Shown here: piece by piece, positions 27,584 to 37,049 of the stretch | Layout of the letters: each line of letters opens with the position of its first letter | How positions within the stretch are numbered: the first letter of the stretch is position 1 | From: Candidatus Bathyarchaeota archaeon | GTDB lineage: Archaea > Thermoproteota > Bathyarchaeia > Bathyarchaeales > WUQV01 | Length of the DNA: 64,000 bases | Direction of reading: 5' to 3' | Assembly: GCA_021158125.1 (NCBI GenBank) | Contig: JAGGVF010000005.1 | Location: 2,566 to 66,565 of the forward strand | Made by a program: the position numbers and the translations under genes | Notes under the pieces: generated by a model | What the model was told of the DNA's origin: nothing | What the model saw: the letters and a program-made list of their open reading frames with translations, nothing else | The model's database searches: none

Positions 27584-30500
27584 ATGGCCGAGTATGCGGA
27601 AGAAATGGTTCATAAAGTCATAGATGAGGTTCGTTTCGGAATTCTCTCTCCGCAGGAAATTAGGAAATACTCTGTAGCTGAAATTCAAACTGCAGACACT
27701 TACGATGAAGATGGGGCTCCTATTTCTTCAGGCCTAATGGACGGCAGACTTGGAACCTTAGAGCCTAGGCAAAGATGCAAGACATGTGGAAACACAGCTG
27801 TAAGATGCCCAGGTCACTTCGGCCATATAGAACTTGCAGTTCCAGTAATACATGTTGAATTTACAAAGATAATCCACGACTTACTCAATGCAACCTGCCG
27901 AAACTGTGGAAGAATTTTGCTTCCTCCAAGTAGAATAGCCAAGTTAAAGGCTAGAATGAAACGCTTAAAAGAGCTTCTTGGAGACGTCCCAAACTCGTTT
28001 TACAAGAGGGTCTTACATGAAGCGAGAAGTAAGGAGTGCCCGCACTGTGGCGCTGTTCAGTATAAGGTAAACTTTGAAAAACCAACGAGATTCAGTGAAG
28101 AAATTCCTGAAAGTGGTGCTCAAGCTTTAACTCCAAGCATGATTCGGGAAAGACTTGAAAGAATACCTGACGAAGACCTTGAAATTTTAGGTTTCAACCC
28201 GAAAACTGCACGTCCAGAATGGATGGTTCTCCAAGTTTTACCCGTTCCACCCGTTTATGTCAGGCCTTCAATAACCCTTGAATCTGGAATACGTTCCGAA
28301 GACGACTTAACCCACAAACTTGTTGACATAATAAGGATAAATCAACGTTTAAGGGAAAACATGGAGGCCGGAGCTCCCACACTCATTATTCAAGACTTAT
28401 CGGAACTTCTTCAATATCACGTTACCACATACATTAATAATGAGGCTTCGGGAATACCGCCTGCAAGGCATCGTTCAGGAAGAGCCCTAAAAACATTAGC
28501 TCAAAGGCTAAAAGGTAAGGAAGGAAGATTTAGAAGCAACCTGTCTGGAAAAAGAGTTGACTTTTCAGCTAGAACCGTAATTTCTCCAGATCCCAACCTT
28601 GACATAAATGAAGTTGGGGTTCCACTTGAAATAGCCATGCGGCTTTCAGTTCCAGAAAAGGTTACTGAATGGAACATTGACGAAATGCGTAAACTTGTTG
28701 AAAATGGGCCTGAAAAGTATCCTGGAGCCCTCTATGTTGTTCGACCTGATGGAAAACGTGTGAGGCTCGAGTTTGTTGCTGACAGAACGAAGATTGCTGA
28801 GGCTCTTCAACCTGGATTTATAGTTGAAAGACATCTAAAGGACGGGGACATTGTAATATTTAATAGGCAGCCTTCTCTTCACCGCATGTCAATTATGGCA
28901 CATTATGTTCGGGTTTTACCATACAAAACGTTTAGGCTTCATCTATGCGTTTGTCCACCCTACAACGCCGACTTCGACGGAGACGAAATGAACCTGCATG
29001 TTCCGCAAAGCGAAGAAGCCCAAACAGAAGCCCGTCTGCTCATGCAAGTTCAAGACCAAATACTTTCACCTAGATTCGGCGGTCCAATAATAGGGGCGAT
29101 AAGAGACTATATAACCGCAGCTTACCTACTAACTAAAAAATCAACATTTTTGACAAAAGATGAAGTCTGCAGAATTCTCTTAGCAGCCAAATATGAGGGG
29201 CCACTGCCGGAGCCAGCTGTTAAAAAGCCTGAGCCGATGTGGTCTGGTAAACAAATTTTCAGTCTTTTCCTTCCGAAAGGCTTCAACTACGTTTTGAGGG
29301 CGAACATTTGCCGTAGTTGTCCTAAATGCCTAGAAGAAAAATGCCCCTACGATGCATATGTTGTCATCAAAAATGGACAACTAATCTGCGGAGTTATTGA
29401 CAGAAAAGCCATAGGCGCTGAACAATCTGAAAGCATCCTTCACAGAATTGTGAAAGACTATGGAACAGAAGCAGCTAGAAAATTCCTCAACAAGATAACT
29501 CAGCTTCTGAAGGAATTCATGACCATGCGGGGATTCAGCTACTCATACAACGAACTTGAACTTTCACCAGAATCTAAAAGAAAGATAATGCGAATACTCC
29601 AAAAATACGAAAAAAGAATACAGAAACTCATAGAAGATTTTAGAAACGGAACCCTAGAGAGACTTCCAGGCCAAACACTTGAAGAATCATTCGAAATTTA
29701 CGTTATGAACGAACTGGCCAAGGCAAGAGACGAAGCTGGAAAAGTGGCTGACGAAGGCTTCAAACCTGAAAACGCCGGAGTAATCATGATAAGAACAGGC
29801 GCTAGGGGTTCAAGCCTAAACATAGGTCAAATGGCCGCTGTTGTTGGACAGCAGTCAGTTCGTGGAAAAAGAATAATGCGCGGCTACCATGGAAGAGCCT
29901 TACCCCACTTCGTAATAGGCGACCCATCTCCAAAAGCAAGAGGATTCGTCTACTCTTCATACCAATCTGGACTAGACCCGATAGAATTTTTCTTCCACGC
30001 CATGGGAGGACGCGAAGGCCTAGTCGACACGGCTGTCCGTACACAGCAAAGCGGCTACATGCAACGTAGACTAATAAACGCCTTGGAACAGCTTAGAGTA
30101 GAATATGACGGAACAGTAAGAGATGCAACCGGAACGATAGTGCAGTTCAAATACGGCGAAGACGGGGTTGACCCAGCTAAAAGCGACCATGGAAAAGCCG
30201 TAAACGTAAGCCGACTAGTAGAACAACTTAAAATAACAATTGAAGGCGGAAAACCCGCTCCAAAAGAGTACATTGAAAAACGCTTAAAGAATGTTGAAAA
30301 ACAATTAACCCCACTATTAATTGAAGAGCTGAAAAATGAGCTTTTGAAGGCGAAACTGACGAGGAAAGGTGTTGATCAAGCAATAAAATTGACGCTTGAA
30401 CATTATAAGAAAGCACAAGTTGAACCCGGAGAAGCCGTTGGAATAGTTGCAGCTCAGTCAATAGGTGAGCCAGGCACCCAGATGACGCTTAGAACATTCC

Positions 30501-31420
30501 ACTACGCCGGAGTTAGAGAGCAAAACGTAACTTTAGGTTTACCAAGACTAATAGAAATTGTTGACGCTAGACGTGAACCTTCAACACCCATCATGACGAT
30601 TTACCTTGACAAGGCCCACAGAAAAAGCAAGGAAAAGGCAGCCGACGTCGCCAAAGAAGTAATCTGCACATTTCTTGAAGATGTCTCTAAGGCTATATAC
30701 GAAGACCCCGAAAAAGAAGAAATAGTTGTCAAACTGGATCCAGAGGCAATAAAAGAGAGGAGAGTAACCGAGGAAGAACTAGAAAGAGCACTACGCATGC
30801 AAAACTGCGTAGTAAAGGTGAAAGGAAACAAAGTCTCCATTAAACCTCGCAAAATAAAGAACCTAAGAAAAATACTTGAAAAGATGCCGAAAATCCGTGT
30901 TAAAGGCGTTCCAGGCATAACCAGAGTTTTAGTCACAAAGGAAGAGGAAGAATGGGTTATAAGAACAGACGGCTCCAACCTGCCGAAAATTTTAGAAGTC
31001 CCCGGAGTGGATCCGACGAGAACCGTTACGAATCATATACATGAAATTGCAAGAACCTTGGGAATAGAAGCTGCTAGAAACGCTATCATCAACGAGGCTA
31101 TGGGTGTACTTGAGGAGCAGGGATTAGACGTTGACATCCGCCACGTTATGCTTGTGGCAGACATAATGACTCAAGACGGCACTGTTAGGCAGATTGGACG
31201 TCATGGAATCAGCGGTGAAAAAGCAAGTGTTTTGGCTAGGGCGGCTTTTGAAATAACTGTTCCAAACATAGTTGAGGCTGCCGTGAAAGGGGAAAGCGAC
31301 CCGTTGAAAGGTGTAACCGAAAACGTTATAGTTGGCCAGCCTATACCAATTGGAACTGGCCTAGTTGACCTTTACATGACCGTAGCAAACCAAAAAGGGG
31401 AGAGTGAGAGCAACGAATGA
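27584..31420 (+). CDS. rpoA: DNA-directed RNA polymerase largest subunit, A' and A'' portions in one ORF
   Basis: 1278 aa. NADFDGDEMNLH catalytic loop in the N-terminal part, and the A''-type GEAVGIVAAQSIGEPGTQMTLRTFHYAGV at about aa 950, with no intervening stop. Confidence 0.95.
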   Translation: MAEYAEEMVHKVIDEVRFGILSPQEIRKYSVAEIQTADTYDEDGAPISSGLMDGRLGTLEPRQRCKTCGNTAVRCPGHFGHIELAVPVIHVEFTKIIHDLLNATCRNCGRILLPPSRIAKLKARMKRLKELLGDVPNSFYKRVLHEARSKECPHCGAVQYKVNFEKPTRFSEEIPESGAQALTPSMIRERLERIPDEDLEILGFNPKTARPEWMVLQVLPVPPVYVRPSITLESGIRSEDDLTHKLVDIIRINQRLRENMEAGAPTLIIQDLSELLQYHVTTYINNEASGIPPARHRSGRALKTLAQRLKGKEGRFRSNLSGKRVDFSARTVISPDPNLDINEVGVPLEIAMRLSVPEKVTEWNIDEMRKLVENGPEKYPGALYVVRPDGKRVRLEFVADRTKIAEALQPGFIVERHLKDGDIVIFNRQPSLHRMSIMAHYVRVLPYKTFRLHLCVCPPYNADFDGDEMNLHVPQSEEAQTEARLLMQVQDQILSPRFGGPIIGAIRDYITAAYLLTKKSTFLTKDEVCRILLAAKYEGPLPEPAVKKPEPMWSGKQIFSLFLPKGFNYVLRANICRSCPKCLEEKCPYDAYVVIKNGQLICGVIDRKAIGAEQSESILHRIVKDYGTEAARKFLNKITQLLKEFMTMRGFSYSYNELELSPESKRKIMRILQKYEKRIQKLIEDFRNGTLERLPGQTLEESFEIYVMNELAKARDEAGKVADEGFKPENAGVIMIRTGARGSSLNIGQMAAVVGQQSVRGKRIMRGYHGRALPHFVIGDPSPKARGFVYSSYQSGLDPIEFFFHAMGGREGLVDTAVRTQQSGYMQRRLINALEQLRVEYDGTVRDATGTIVQFKYGEDGVDPAKSDHGKAVNVSRLVEQLKITIEGGKPAPKEYIEKRLKNVEKQLTPLLIEELKNELLKAKLTRKGVDQAIKLTLEHYKKAQVEPGEAVGIVAAQSIGEPGTQMTLRTFHYAGVREQNVTLGLPRLIEIVDARREPSTPIMTIYLDKAHRKSKEKAADVAKEVICTFLEDVSKAIYEDPEKEEIVVKLDPEAIKERRVTEEELERALRMQNCVVKVKGNKVSIKPRKIKNLRKILEKMPKIRVKGVPGITRVLVTKEEEEWVIRTDGSNLPKILEVPGVDPTRTVTNHIHEIARTLGIEAARNAIINEAMGVLEEQGLDVDIRHVMLVADIMTQDGTVRQIGRHGISGEKASVLARAAFEITVPNIVEAAVKGESDPLKGVTENVIVGQPIPIGTGLVDLYMTVANQKGESESNE

Positions 31421-31752
31421 TAGACATTGACAAAGCAATAGCAACCGCAGTAAAAACAGGAAAAGTAATGTTTGGAGCAAACGAAGCAATTAAAAGCGCA
31501 AAACTTGGAAGGGCGAAACTCATAATTTTAGCCTCCAACTGTCCAGCCAACATTAGAAAGGACATTGAATACTACTCTAAACTTTCCGGGGTTCCCATTT
31601 TAGACTATAAGGGAACAAGCATAGATTTAGGGACTCTATGCGGCAAACCATTCGTTGTTTCAGCGTTAACTATAAGAGAGCCCGGTGACTCAGAAATTCT
31701 TAAGATAATAAAATCTAAAGAAACAGAGGGAGAAAGCGAGGAGGCCGAATGA
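31417..31752 (+). CDS. rpl30e: Ribosomal protein eL30
   Basis: AVKTGKVMFGANEAIKSAKLGRAKLIILASNCP...IEYY...SGVPI. ATGA overlap with the rpoA stop. Confidence 0.85.
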   Translation: MIDIDKAIATAVKTGKVMFGANEAIKSAKLGRAKLIILASNCPANIRKDIEYYSKLSGVPILDYKGTSIDLGTLCGKPFVVSALTIREPGDSEILKIIKSKETEGESEEAE

Positions 31753-32186
31753 CGAGTGGAATAAAATTCACAGCAACAGAAATGCGTTATATCGCCCTTT
31801 TCGAAAGCATAACAGGCGCAACCGTCCGAGACTGCATAATAGACGATGAAAACAACCGAGTAATCTTCGTTGTCAAAGAAGGCGATATAGGAGTTGCCAT
31901 TGGAAGAAAAGGAAAAAACATACGTTTACTAGAAAGAATGACTGGGAAAAAACACGAAATAATAGAATACTCGGATGACCCAGCTCAATTTATCAAAAAT
32001 GCCTTGAAACCAGCAAAAGTCCAAGAAGTACGCATAACTGAACGCCCAGACGGGAAGAAGATAGCCGTAGTAACGGTCTATCCACGTGATAAGGGCGTGG
32101 CAATTGGGAAAAATGGGAGAAACGCTGAAAGACTAAGGTTTCTAGCTAAGAGATACTTCCAAATACAAAATGTAAATATAATCTAG
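31749..32186 (+). CDS. nusA: Archaeal NusA-like transcription termination/antitermination protein (two KH domains)
   Basis: GVAIGRKGKNIRLLERMTGKK and GVAIGKNGRNAERLRFLAKRYF KH motifs. Conserved position after rpoA-rpl30e. Confidence 0.8.
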   Translation: MTSGIKFTATEMRYIALFESITGATVRDCIIDDENNRVIFVVKEGDIGVAIGRKGKNIRLLERMTGKKHEIIEYSDDPAQFIKNALKPAKVQEVRITERPDGKKIAVVTVYPRDKGVAIGKNGRNAERLRFLAKRYFQIQNVNII

Positions 32187-32228
32187 GTTATCTAGGCTTT
32201 TGCTTTTTAGTTAATGCATTAAGTTTTT

Positions 32229-33515
32229 ATGTCATGTCCTTTTCTGATTCTAGACCTAAAAAGGGCAAGGAAAGTGGAGATTCGAAGATTGTGGGATGAC
32301 AACAGCTTATTCCGTAAGTTTCAAAAGGCTCTAGCTTTGAAGGGTAACATTCGAATATTGCTTATCGACTCAATAGTTGGCTCCATTTTTTATGGAATGC
32401 TTAATCCGGTATGGCAGCCTTTCGTCTTAAGTCTAGGTGCTTCTATGGCAGTATTAGGCGGCATACGTGCAATTTTAAGTTTGATAGGCTCCGTCTCCTC
32501 TTTTTTCTGGGGAAGATACTCGGATTATATGGGAAGAAAGCCTCTTATAATTCTCTCTAATTTTTTAAGGGCTTCAGCCTTTACCTTTTGTTTAGCGGCT
32601 CATACATGGCATTTGCTAATATTATATGCTGTTTTGATGGGTTTATCTGCAAGTTATATGCAGGATAATCCCGCAAGATCCTCTTTAGTGGCCGAGTCTG
32701 TAAAACGTGGAGAACGTGGAACTGCATACAGCGTATTAATGGCGTTTTCAACAGCTGTATCCGCCATCGTCGCTCCAATAGGCGGAATTCTAGCCATGAT
32801 TTACGGCTTTTATATTATCTTTTATGGATGCATAGCCGTTGATTTATTCAGCAGCCTGCTTGTGTGGCTTTTCATTAAGGAAACAGTCAAACGAAAAGCA
32901 AATAAACAAACCGAGCCGCTACCTCAAAAATCGTGGATAAATTCCGTTCGTGAAATATTTCGTTTAGAAAGTCATCTTAAGGGCTTCTACGTGGGTGTTA
33001 TTATGGATTCCCTCTCTTGGGGAATTGCTGGAGGAATCTTTTACGGAATGCTTGTTAAGGTTCACGGTTTTTCCGAGTATCAGCTCGGCTTATTATCCAC
33101 TATAATGCTCTTTTCGTGGTCAATTTCTCAGATTCCTATAGGAAAGCTTATGGATAAATATGGAAGGAAACCGTTTCTTTTAGCTTCAGAAGTCATCGGA
33201 ATAATAACCTTAATAGGATGGCTCTTTTCAGATAACTTTCTATATTTTGCCATCCTTCAGTTTCCATATGGCCTTCTAATATCAACTTGGGTTCCTACTG
33301 TTTCCGCTTTTCTTGCAGACAACGTTCCAAAAGAGTCTAGAGCTGAGGCTATGGGAAGACTGCAAGCCCTAAGGGGGATAATTTCCTTTCCATCACCATA
33401 TATTGGAGGCATCCTATTCGATTTGTTTGGTTTTTCGGCGCCGATAATCGCGAATATGGTAGGCGCATCTTTGGCGTTTCTTATAATTCTTCTATTTGTC
33501 AAAGAAGAAAAATAA
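32229..33515 (+). CDS. MFS transporter
   Basis: 428 aa, about 12 TM. MFS loop motifs GRYSDYMGRKP and GKLMDKYGRKP. Confidence 0.75.
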   Translation: MSCPFLILDLKRARKVEIRRLWDDNSLFRKFQKALALKGNIRILLIDSIVGSIFYGMLNPVWQPFVLSLGASMAVLGGIRAILSLIGSVSSFFWGRYSDYMGRKPLIILSNFLRASAFTFCLAAHTWHLLILYAVLMGLSASYMQDNPARSSLVAESVKRGERGTAYSVLMAFSTAVSAIVAPIGGILAMIYGFYIIFYGCIAVDLFSSLLVWLFIKETVKRKANKQTEPLPQKSWINSVREIFRLESHLKGFYVGVIMDSLSWGIAGGIFYGMLVKVHGFSEYQLGLLSTIMLFSWSISQIPIGKLMDKYGRKPFLLASEVIGIITLIGWLFSDNFLYFAILQFPYGLLISTWVPTVSAFLADNVPKESRAEAMGRLQALRGIISFPSPYIGGILFDLFGFSAPIIANMVGASLAFLIILLFVKEEK

Positions 33516-33537
33516 GGCAAAATATAAAATAATGGAG

Positions 33538-36027
33538 CTATGCTTTTGTTGTTGCGGCTATCGGTTTTTTCCTCGCAAACATTTTCTCTATGAACGGTCT
33601 TAGCTTTTCGTTTTCAGCCTTAATTTTCTCCTTGCCAAGCGCTTTCATTTGCTCAGTCATTTCTGTTACTACTTGGGCGAATTTTACTCCTTCAGCGGCT
33701 GAAATCCATTCTATTCTTAGGCGTTCCGGGCTCATTCCCATCTTAGTCAACATTTTCTGTAAAGCTTCCATTCTCGCCTTCATCTTCCAGTTTCCGCTGA
33801 TGTAGTGGCAGTCGTAGGGCAGGTGGCATCCTGCTACAAGAACCATTCCTGCTCCAAGCCTAAAGGCTTCCAGTACAAAGTCTCGGTCAACTCGGCCGCT
33901 GCACATCACCCGTATCGGCCTTATTGTAGGCGGATATTCAAATCGGCTTGTTCCAGCCAAGTCTGCGCCTGCGTAGCTGCACCAGTTGCAGAGAAAAGCC
34001 AAAATCTTGTCCTCTGGATTCTCCTCTAAGGCTGCGCGGATTTGAGCCATTATTTGGGCGTCTGTGAAGTGCATTTGCTGTATTGCGTCAGCTGGGCATT
34101 CAGCGGCGCATGTTCCGCATCCGTGACACATAGCAGCCGTAACCTTCGCTGGTTTGCCCTCCTCAATTTTTATTGCTCCGTAGGGGCATTTCTGAGCGCA
34201 AATTCCGCATTTTACCTTTGTGTTTCTACATTTTTCGGGGTCAACAACCGCAATTATTGGTTCGATTTTCCATGTTGGCTTGGACAGTATGGTTGCCGCT
34301 CTAGCTGCGGCGGCGCTTCCTTGGGAAACACTGTATGGAATGTCCTTTGGTCCTTGACATGCTCCGGCTAGGAATACGCCGTCTACTGCTGTGTCTACTG
34401 GCTTAAGCTTGGGGTGGCTTTCCATGAAGAAGCCGTCTGTTCCCCGTGTAACATTTAATATTCTTGAAATTTCGCCTGCGTCTTTTCTTGGAATTGCGGC
34501 TGTTTGCAGAACCACCATTTCAACTTCTAATTCAAGCGGCATGCCTAAAGCCATGTCTTCAACTCTAACAATTAGGTTCTTGGTTTCCGGAACTTCCATT
34601 ATGTGGCTGACTCTTCCTCGAATGAAGTTTACGCCAAGTTCTCGTGCTCGTCTGTAGAATTCTTCATAGCCTTTAAAGTTGGTTCGCATATCCATGAAGA
34701 GAATGTAAACTTCCACGTCGTCTTTGTATTTCTCTTTCAGTTGGATGGCGTGCTTAAGCGTGTACATGCAGCAGAAGCCTGAGCAGTACTCGTACTTGTT
34801 TACGTCTCTGGAACCTACACATGTGATGAAGGCTACGCTGTGCGGCTTCTTTCCGTCTGAAGCTCTAATTACTTTTCCTCCAGTCGGCCCAGCCGCAAGG
34901 ATTAGACGTTCAAATTCTAACCCAGTGATGACGTTTTGGTATTTTCCGTAACCGTAAACTGGGTTGTCGTATGGCATGTAAATGTCATATCCGGTTGCAA
35001 TTATTATTGCGCCGACTTCAAGTTCGATTTCCTCTGGTTGTTGGTCAAAGTTTATGGCTTCTCTTGCGCCGCATGCGTCGACACATTTGTAGCATTCTAT
35101 GCAGTAGTCCCGGTTAATAGTGTAAACAAGCGGTACAGCTTGGTCAAAGGGAACCGATATGGCTTTTCTAACACCTAGGTTCATGTCCCACTCGTTTGGA
35201 TATTCAATTGGACAGACGTCGCGGCATTCTCCGCAGCCAGTGCACTTCTCTTCGATAACATATCGTGGGTTCTTTCTGATTTTTACCTTGAAGTTGCCGA
35301 CGTAGCCTTCGACGCTTAGCAGGTCTGCGTAGGAGATTATTTCAATGTTTGGGTGCCTCCCAACATCGACCATTTTTGGGCCTTCGATGCATATTGAGCA
35401 GTCAAGCGTTGGAAACGTTTTGTCGAGTTGTGCCATGTGGCCGCCTATGCTTTCGCTTTTTTCAAGCAGGTAAACTTTGAAGCCCATTTCGGCCAAATCA
35501 AGCGCAGAGTTTATTCCCGCTATTCCTCCACCTATGACTAACGCCTTATTTGTAACTGGAACTTCCATAACGTCTAACGGCCTCAGAAGCCTAGCTTTTG
35601 CAACAGCCATCTTAATTAGGTCTTTTGCCTTTTCTGTTGCCTCTTTTGGCATGCTGCTATGGCACCATGATGAGAATTCACGTATGTTTGCCATTTCAAA
35701 GAGGTATGGATTTAGCCCTGCTTCAGCTACGCATCTTCTGAAGGTTGGCTCGTGAAGGCGTGGAGAACAAGCCGCAACAACAACTCGGTTTAGATTGTAT
35801 TCTTTTATTCCCTTTCTAATTTCTTCTTGGCCTGGGTCTGCACATGTGTAGCGGTTATCCTTCACATAAACGACGTCTGGAAGGGTCTTCGCGAATTCTA
35901 CTAGTTCTTGGATGTCTATTGTTCCAGCTATGTTGAGGCCGCAGTGGCAAATGAAAACTCCTATACGTATTTCTTCGTCTGGATTTTCACTTTTCTTCTT
36001 TTCTTCAGCCATCACGTCTTCCTCCAT
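33538..36027 (-). CDS. hdrA: Heterodisulfide reductase subunit A fused to an MvhD-like domain
   Basis: IGVFICHCGLNIAG, FAD fold VIGGGIAGINSALDLAEMG, several CxxCxxCxxxCP clusters. The C-terminal ILAFLCNWCSYAGADLAG...IRVMCSGRV...VAGCH is the MvhD/FlpD-type domain. Confidence 0.9.
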   Translation of the reverse strand: MEEDVMAEEKKKSENPDEEIRIGVFICHCGLNIAGTIDIQELVEFAKTLPDVVYVKDNRYTCADPGQEEIRKGIKEYNLNRVVVAACSPRLHEPTFRRCVAEAGLNPYLFEMANIREFSSWCHSSMPKEATEKAKDLIKMAVAKARLLRPLDVMEVPVTNKALVIGGGIAGINSALDLAEMGFKVYLLEKSESIGGHMAQLDKTFPTLDCSICIEGPKMVDVGRHPNIEIISYADLLSVEGYVGNFKVKIRKNPRYVIEEKCTGCGECRDVCPIEYPNEWDMNLGVRKAISVPFDQAVPLVYTINRDYCIECYKCVDACGAREAINFDQQPEEIELEVGAIIIATGYDIYMPYDNPVYGYGKYQNVITGLEFERLILAAGPTGGKVIRASDGKKPHSVAFITCVGSRDVNKYEYCSGFCCMYTLKHAIQLKEKYKDDVEVYILFMDMRTNFKGYEEFYRRARELGVNFIRGRVSHIMEVPETKNLIVRVEDMALGMPLELEVEMVVLQTAAIPRKDAGEISRILNVTRGTDGFFMESHPKLKPVDTAVDGVFLAGACQGPKDIPYSVSQGSAAAARAATILSKPTWKIEPIIAVVDPEKCRNTKVKCGICAQKCPYGAIKIEEGKPAKVTAAMCHGCGTCAAECPADAIQQMHFTDAQIMAQIRAALEENPEDKILAFLCNWCSYAGADLAGTSRFEYPPTIRPIRVMCSGRVDRDFVLEAFRLGAGMVLVAGCHLPYDCHYISGNWKMKARMEALQKMLTKMGMSPERLRIEWISAAEGVKFAQVVTEMTEQMKALGKEKIKAENEKLRPFIEKMFARKKPIAATTKA

Positions 36028-36935
36028 GCAAGCCTCCTTTCAACAGATTCCTTAGCCTTTAGAAATCCTCTTGCTTTGAGTTCCCTACTAACCTCAAGTG
36101 GAGAAGCAAGCTTTTCTAGGGCTTTATTCCATGCTCCCGAACGAATTGGAGTATGCATAATTCTCATTCTTTGCAAGTCTAATGCTCCTTCAACCGGGCA
36201 AACAAGTCTGCAAACTCCGCAATAGACGCAGAACATTTCATTAACGTAAACCTTCCCATCCTCTCCTAAATAGAGCGCACCGGTTATTGGGCAAACGTCT
36301 AGACAGTCGCGGCATCCTTCTGGGCATTTCTCCTGATTAATTACTAGTTTTCCGTAAAATGTTCTTTTTACCGTTATTGCTCCTTCTGGGCATTTATACT
36401 CGCATATTCGGCAGGACGGGCAGTATTCAGTTTGAATTTCAACCTCAACCTTCAAGTCTTCTTTATCCTCAACTGTGCTTAAATCCTCGACTAAGCCTCC
36501 ATTCTTGTCGTAGACCTTAACTTTTATCAATTCCAGCGGGCAAGCTTCTTCGCATTCCGTACAGTCGGGCTTACAGAGGCTCGTGTCAACAGTTATTTCT
36601 CTAATTAATTGCGGAAAACTCTCCTTATCTACTACTGTTACGTAGCGTTCGCCGTTCAACATAACCTTTATTGCGCCAAAGGGGCAAATTGCATCGCAAA
36701 TCCCGCAGTATGAACATTTATTCTCATCGATGTTAATGGTTGGCTGTTTCGCTTTTTCCCCTTCCTTTTTCTCATAGGTTTTTATTTCTATGGCTTCTCT
36801 TGGACATATTAACGCGCAGAGTTCGCATCCAACGCAGCGTTCTTTGTCAAGCACAAGCGAGTAATGTCTCACCCAATGTCGTCTTTCAATTAGAAGCCTT
36901 TTCTCGTTTTCTTCACGTAGGATTTGCATGGGCAA
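36012..36935 (-). CDS. Polyferredoxin (multiple 4Fe-4S binding motifs)
   Basis: At least 6 CxxCxxCxxxCP-type motifs in 307 aa. 16-nt overlap with the hdrA start. Confidence 0.8.
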   Translation of the reverse strand: MPMQILREENEKRLLIERRHWVRHYSLVLDKERCVGCELCALICPREAIEIKTYEKKEGEKAKQPTINIDENKCSYCGICDAICPFGAIKVMLNGERYVTVVDKESFPQLIREITVDTSLCKPDCTECEEACPLELIKVKVYDKNGGLVEDLSTVEDKEDLKVEVEIQTEYCPSCRICEYKCPEGAITVKRTFYGKLVINQEKCPEGCRDCLDVCPITGALYLGEDGKVYVNEMFCVYCGVCRLVCPVEGALDLQRMRIMHTPIRSGAWNKALEKLASPLEVSRELKARGFLKAKESVERRLAWRKT

Positions 36936-37049
36936 CTTTTAATTCCCGACCTGTCCAAATTTGTAAGCTAAAGCTGGAGTATTTACGCATAGAAAAACAC
37001 ATATTTATAGTTTAGTTTTACGTGATTTTAAGTCAGTTCCATAATATCG

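Noticed and set aside
24510-31565. Numerous 60-125-aa ORFs antisense to, or out of frame within, rpoB and rpoA
   Set aside because: They are all embedded in unambiguous RNAP coding sequence and have low-complexity or featureless translations.
33590-36225. Series of + strand ORFs (71-109 aa) across hdrA and the polyferredoxin gene
   Set aside because: They are antisense to strongly supported Fe-S/FAD protein genes. Their Cys- and Ser-rich translations are mirror artefacts of the CxxC codons.
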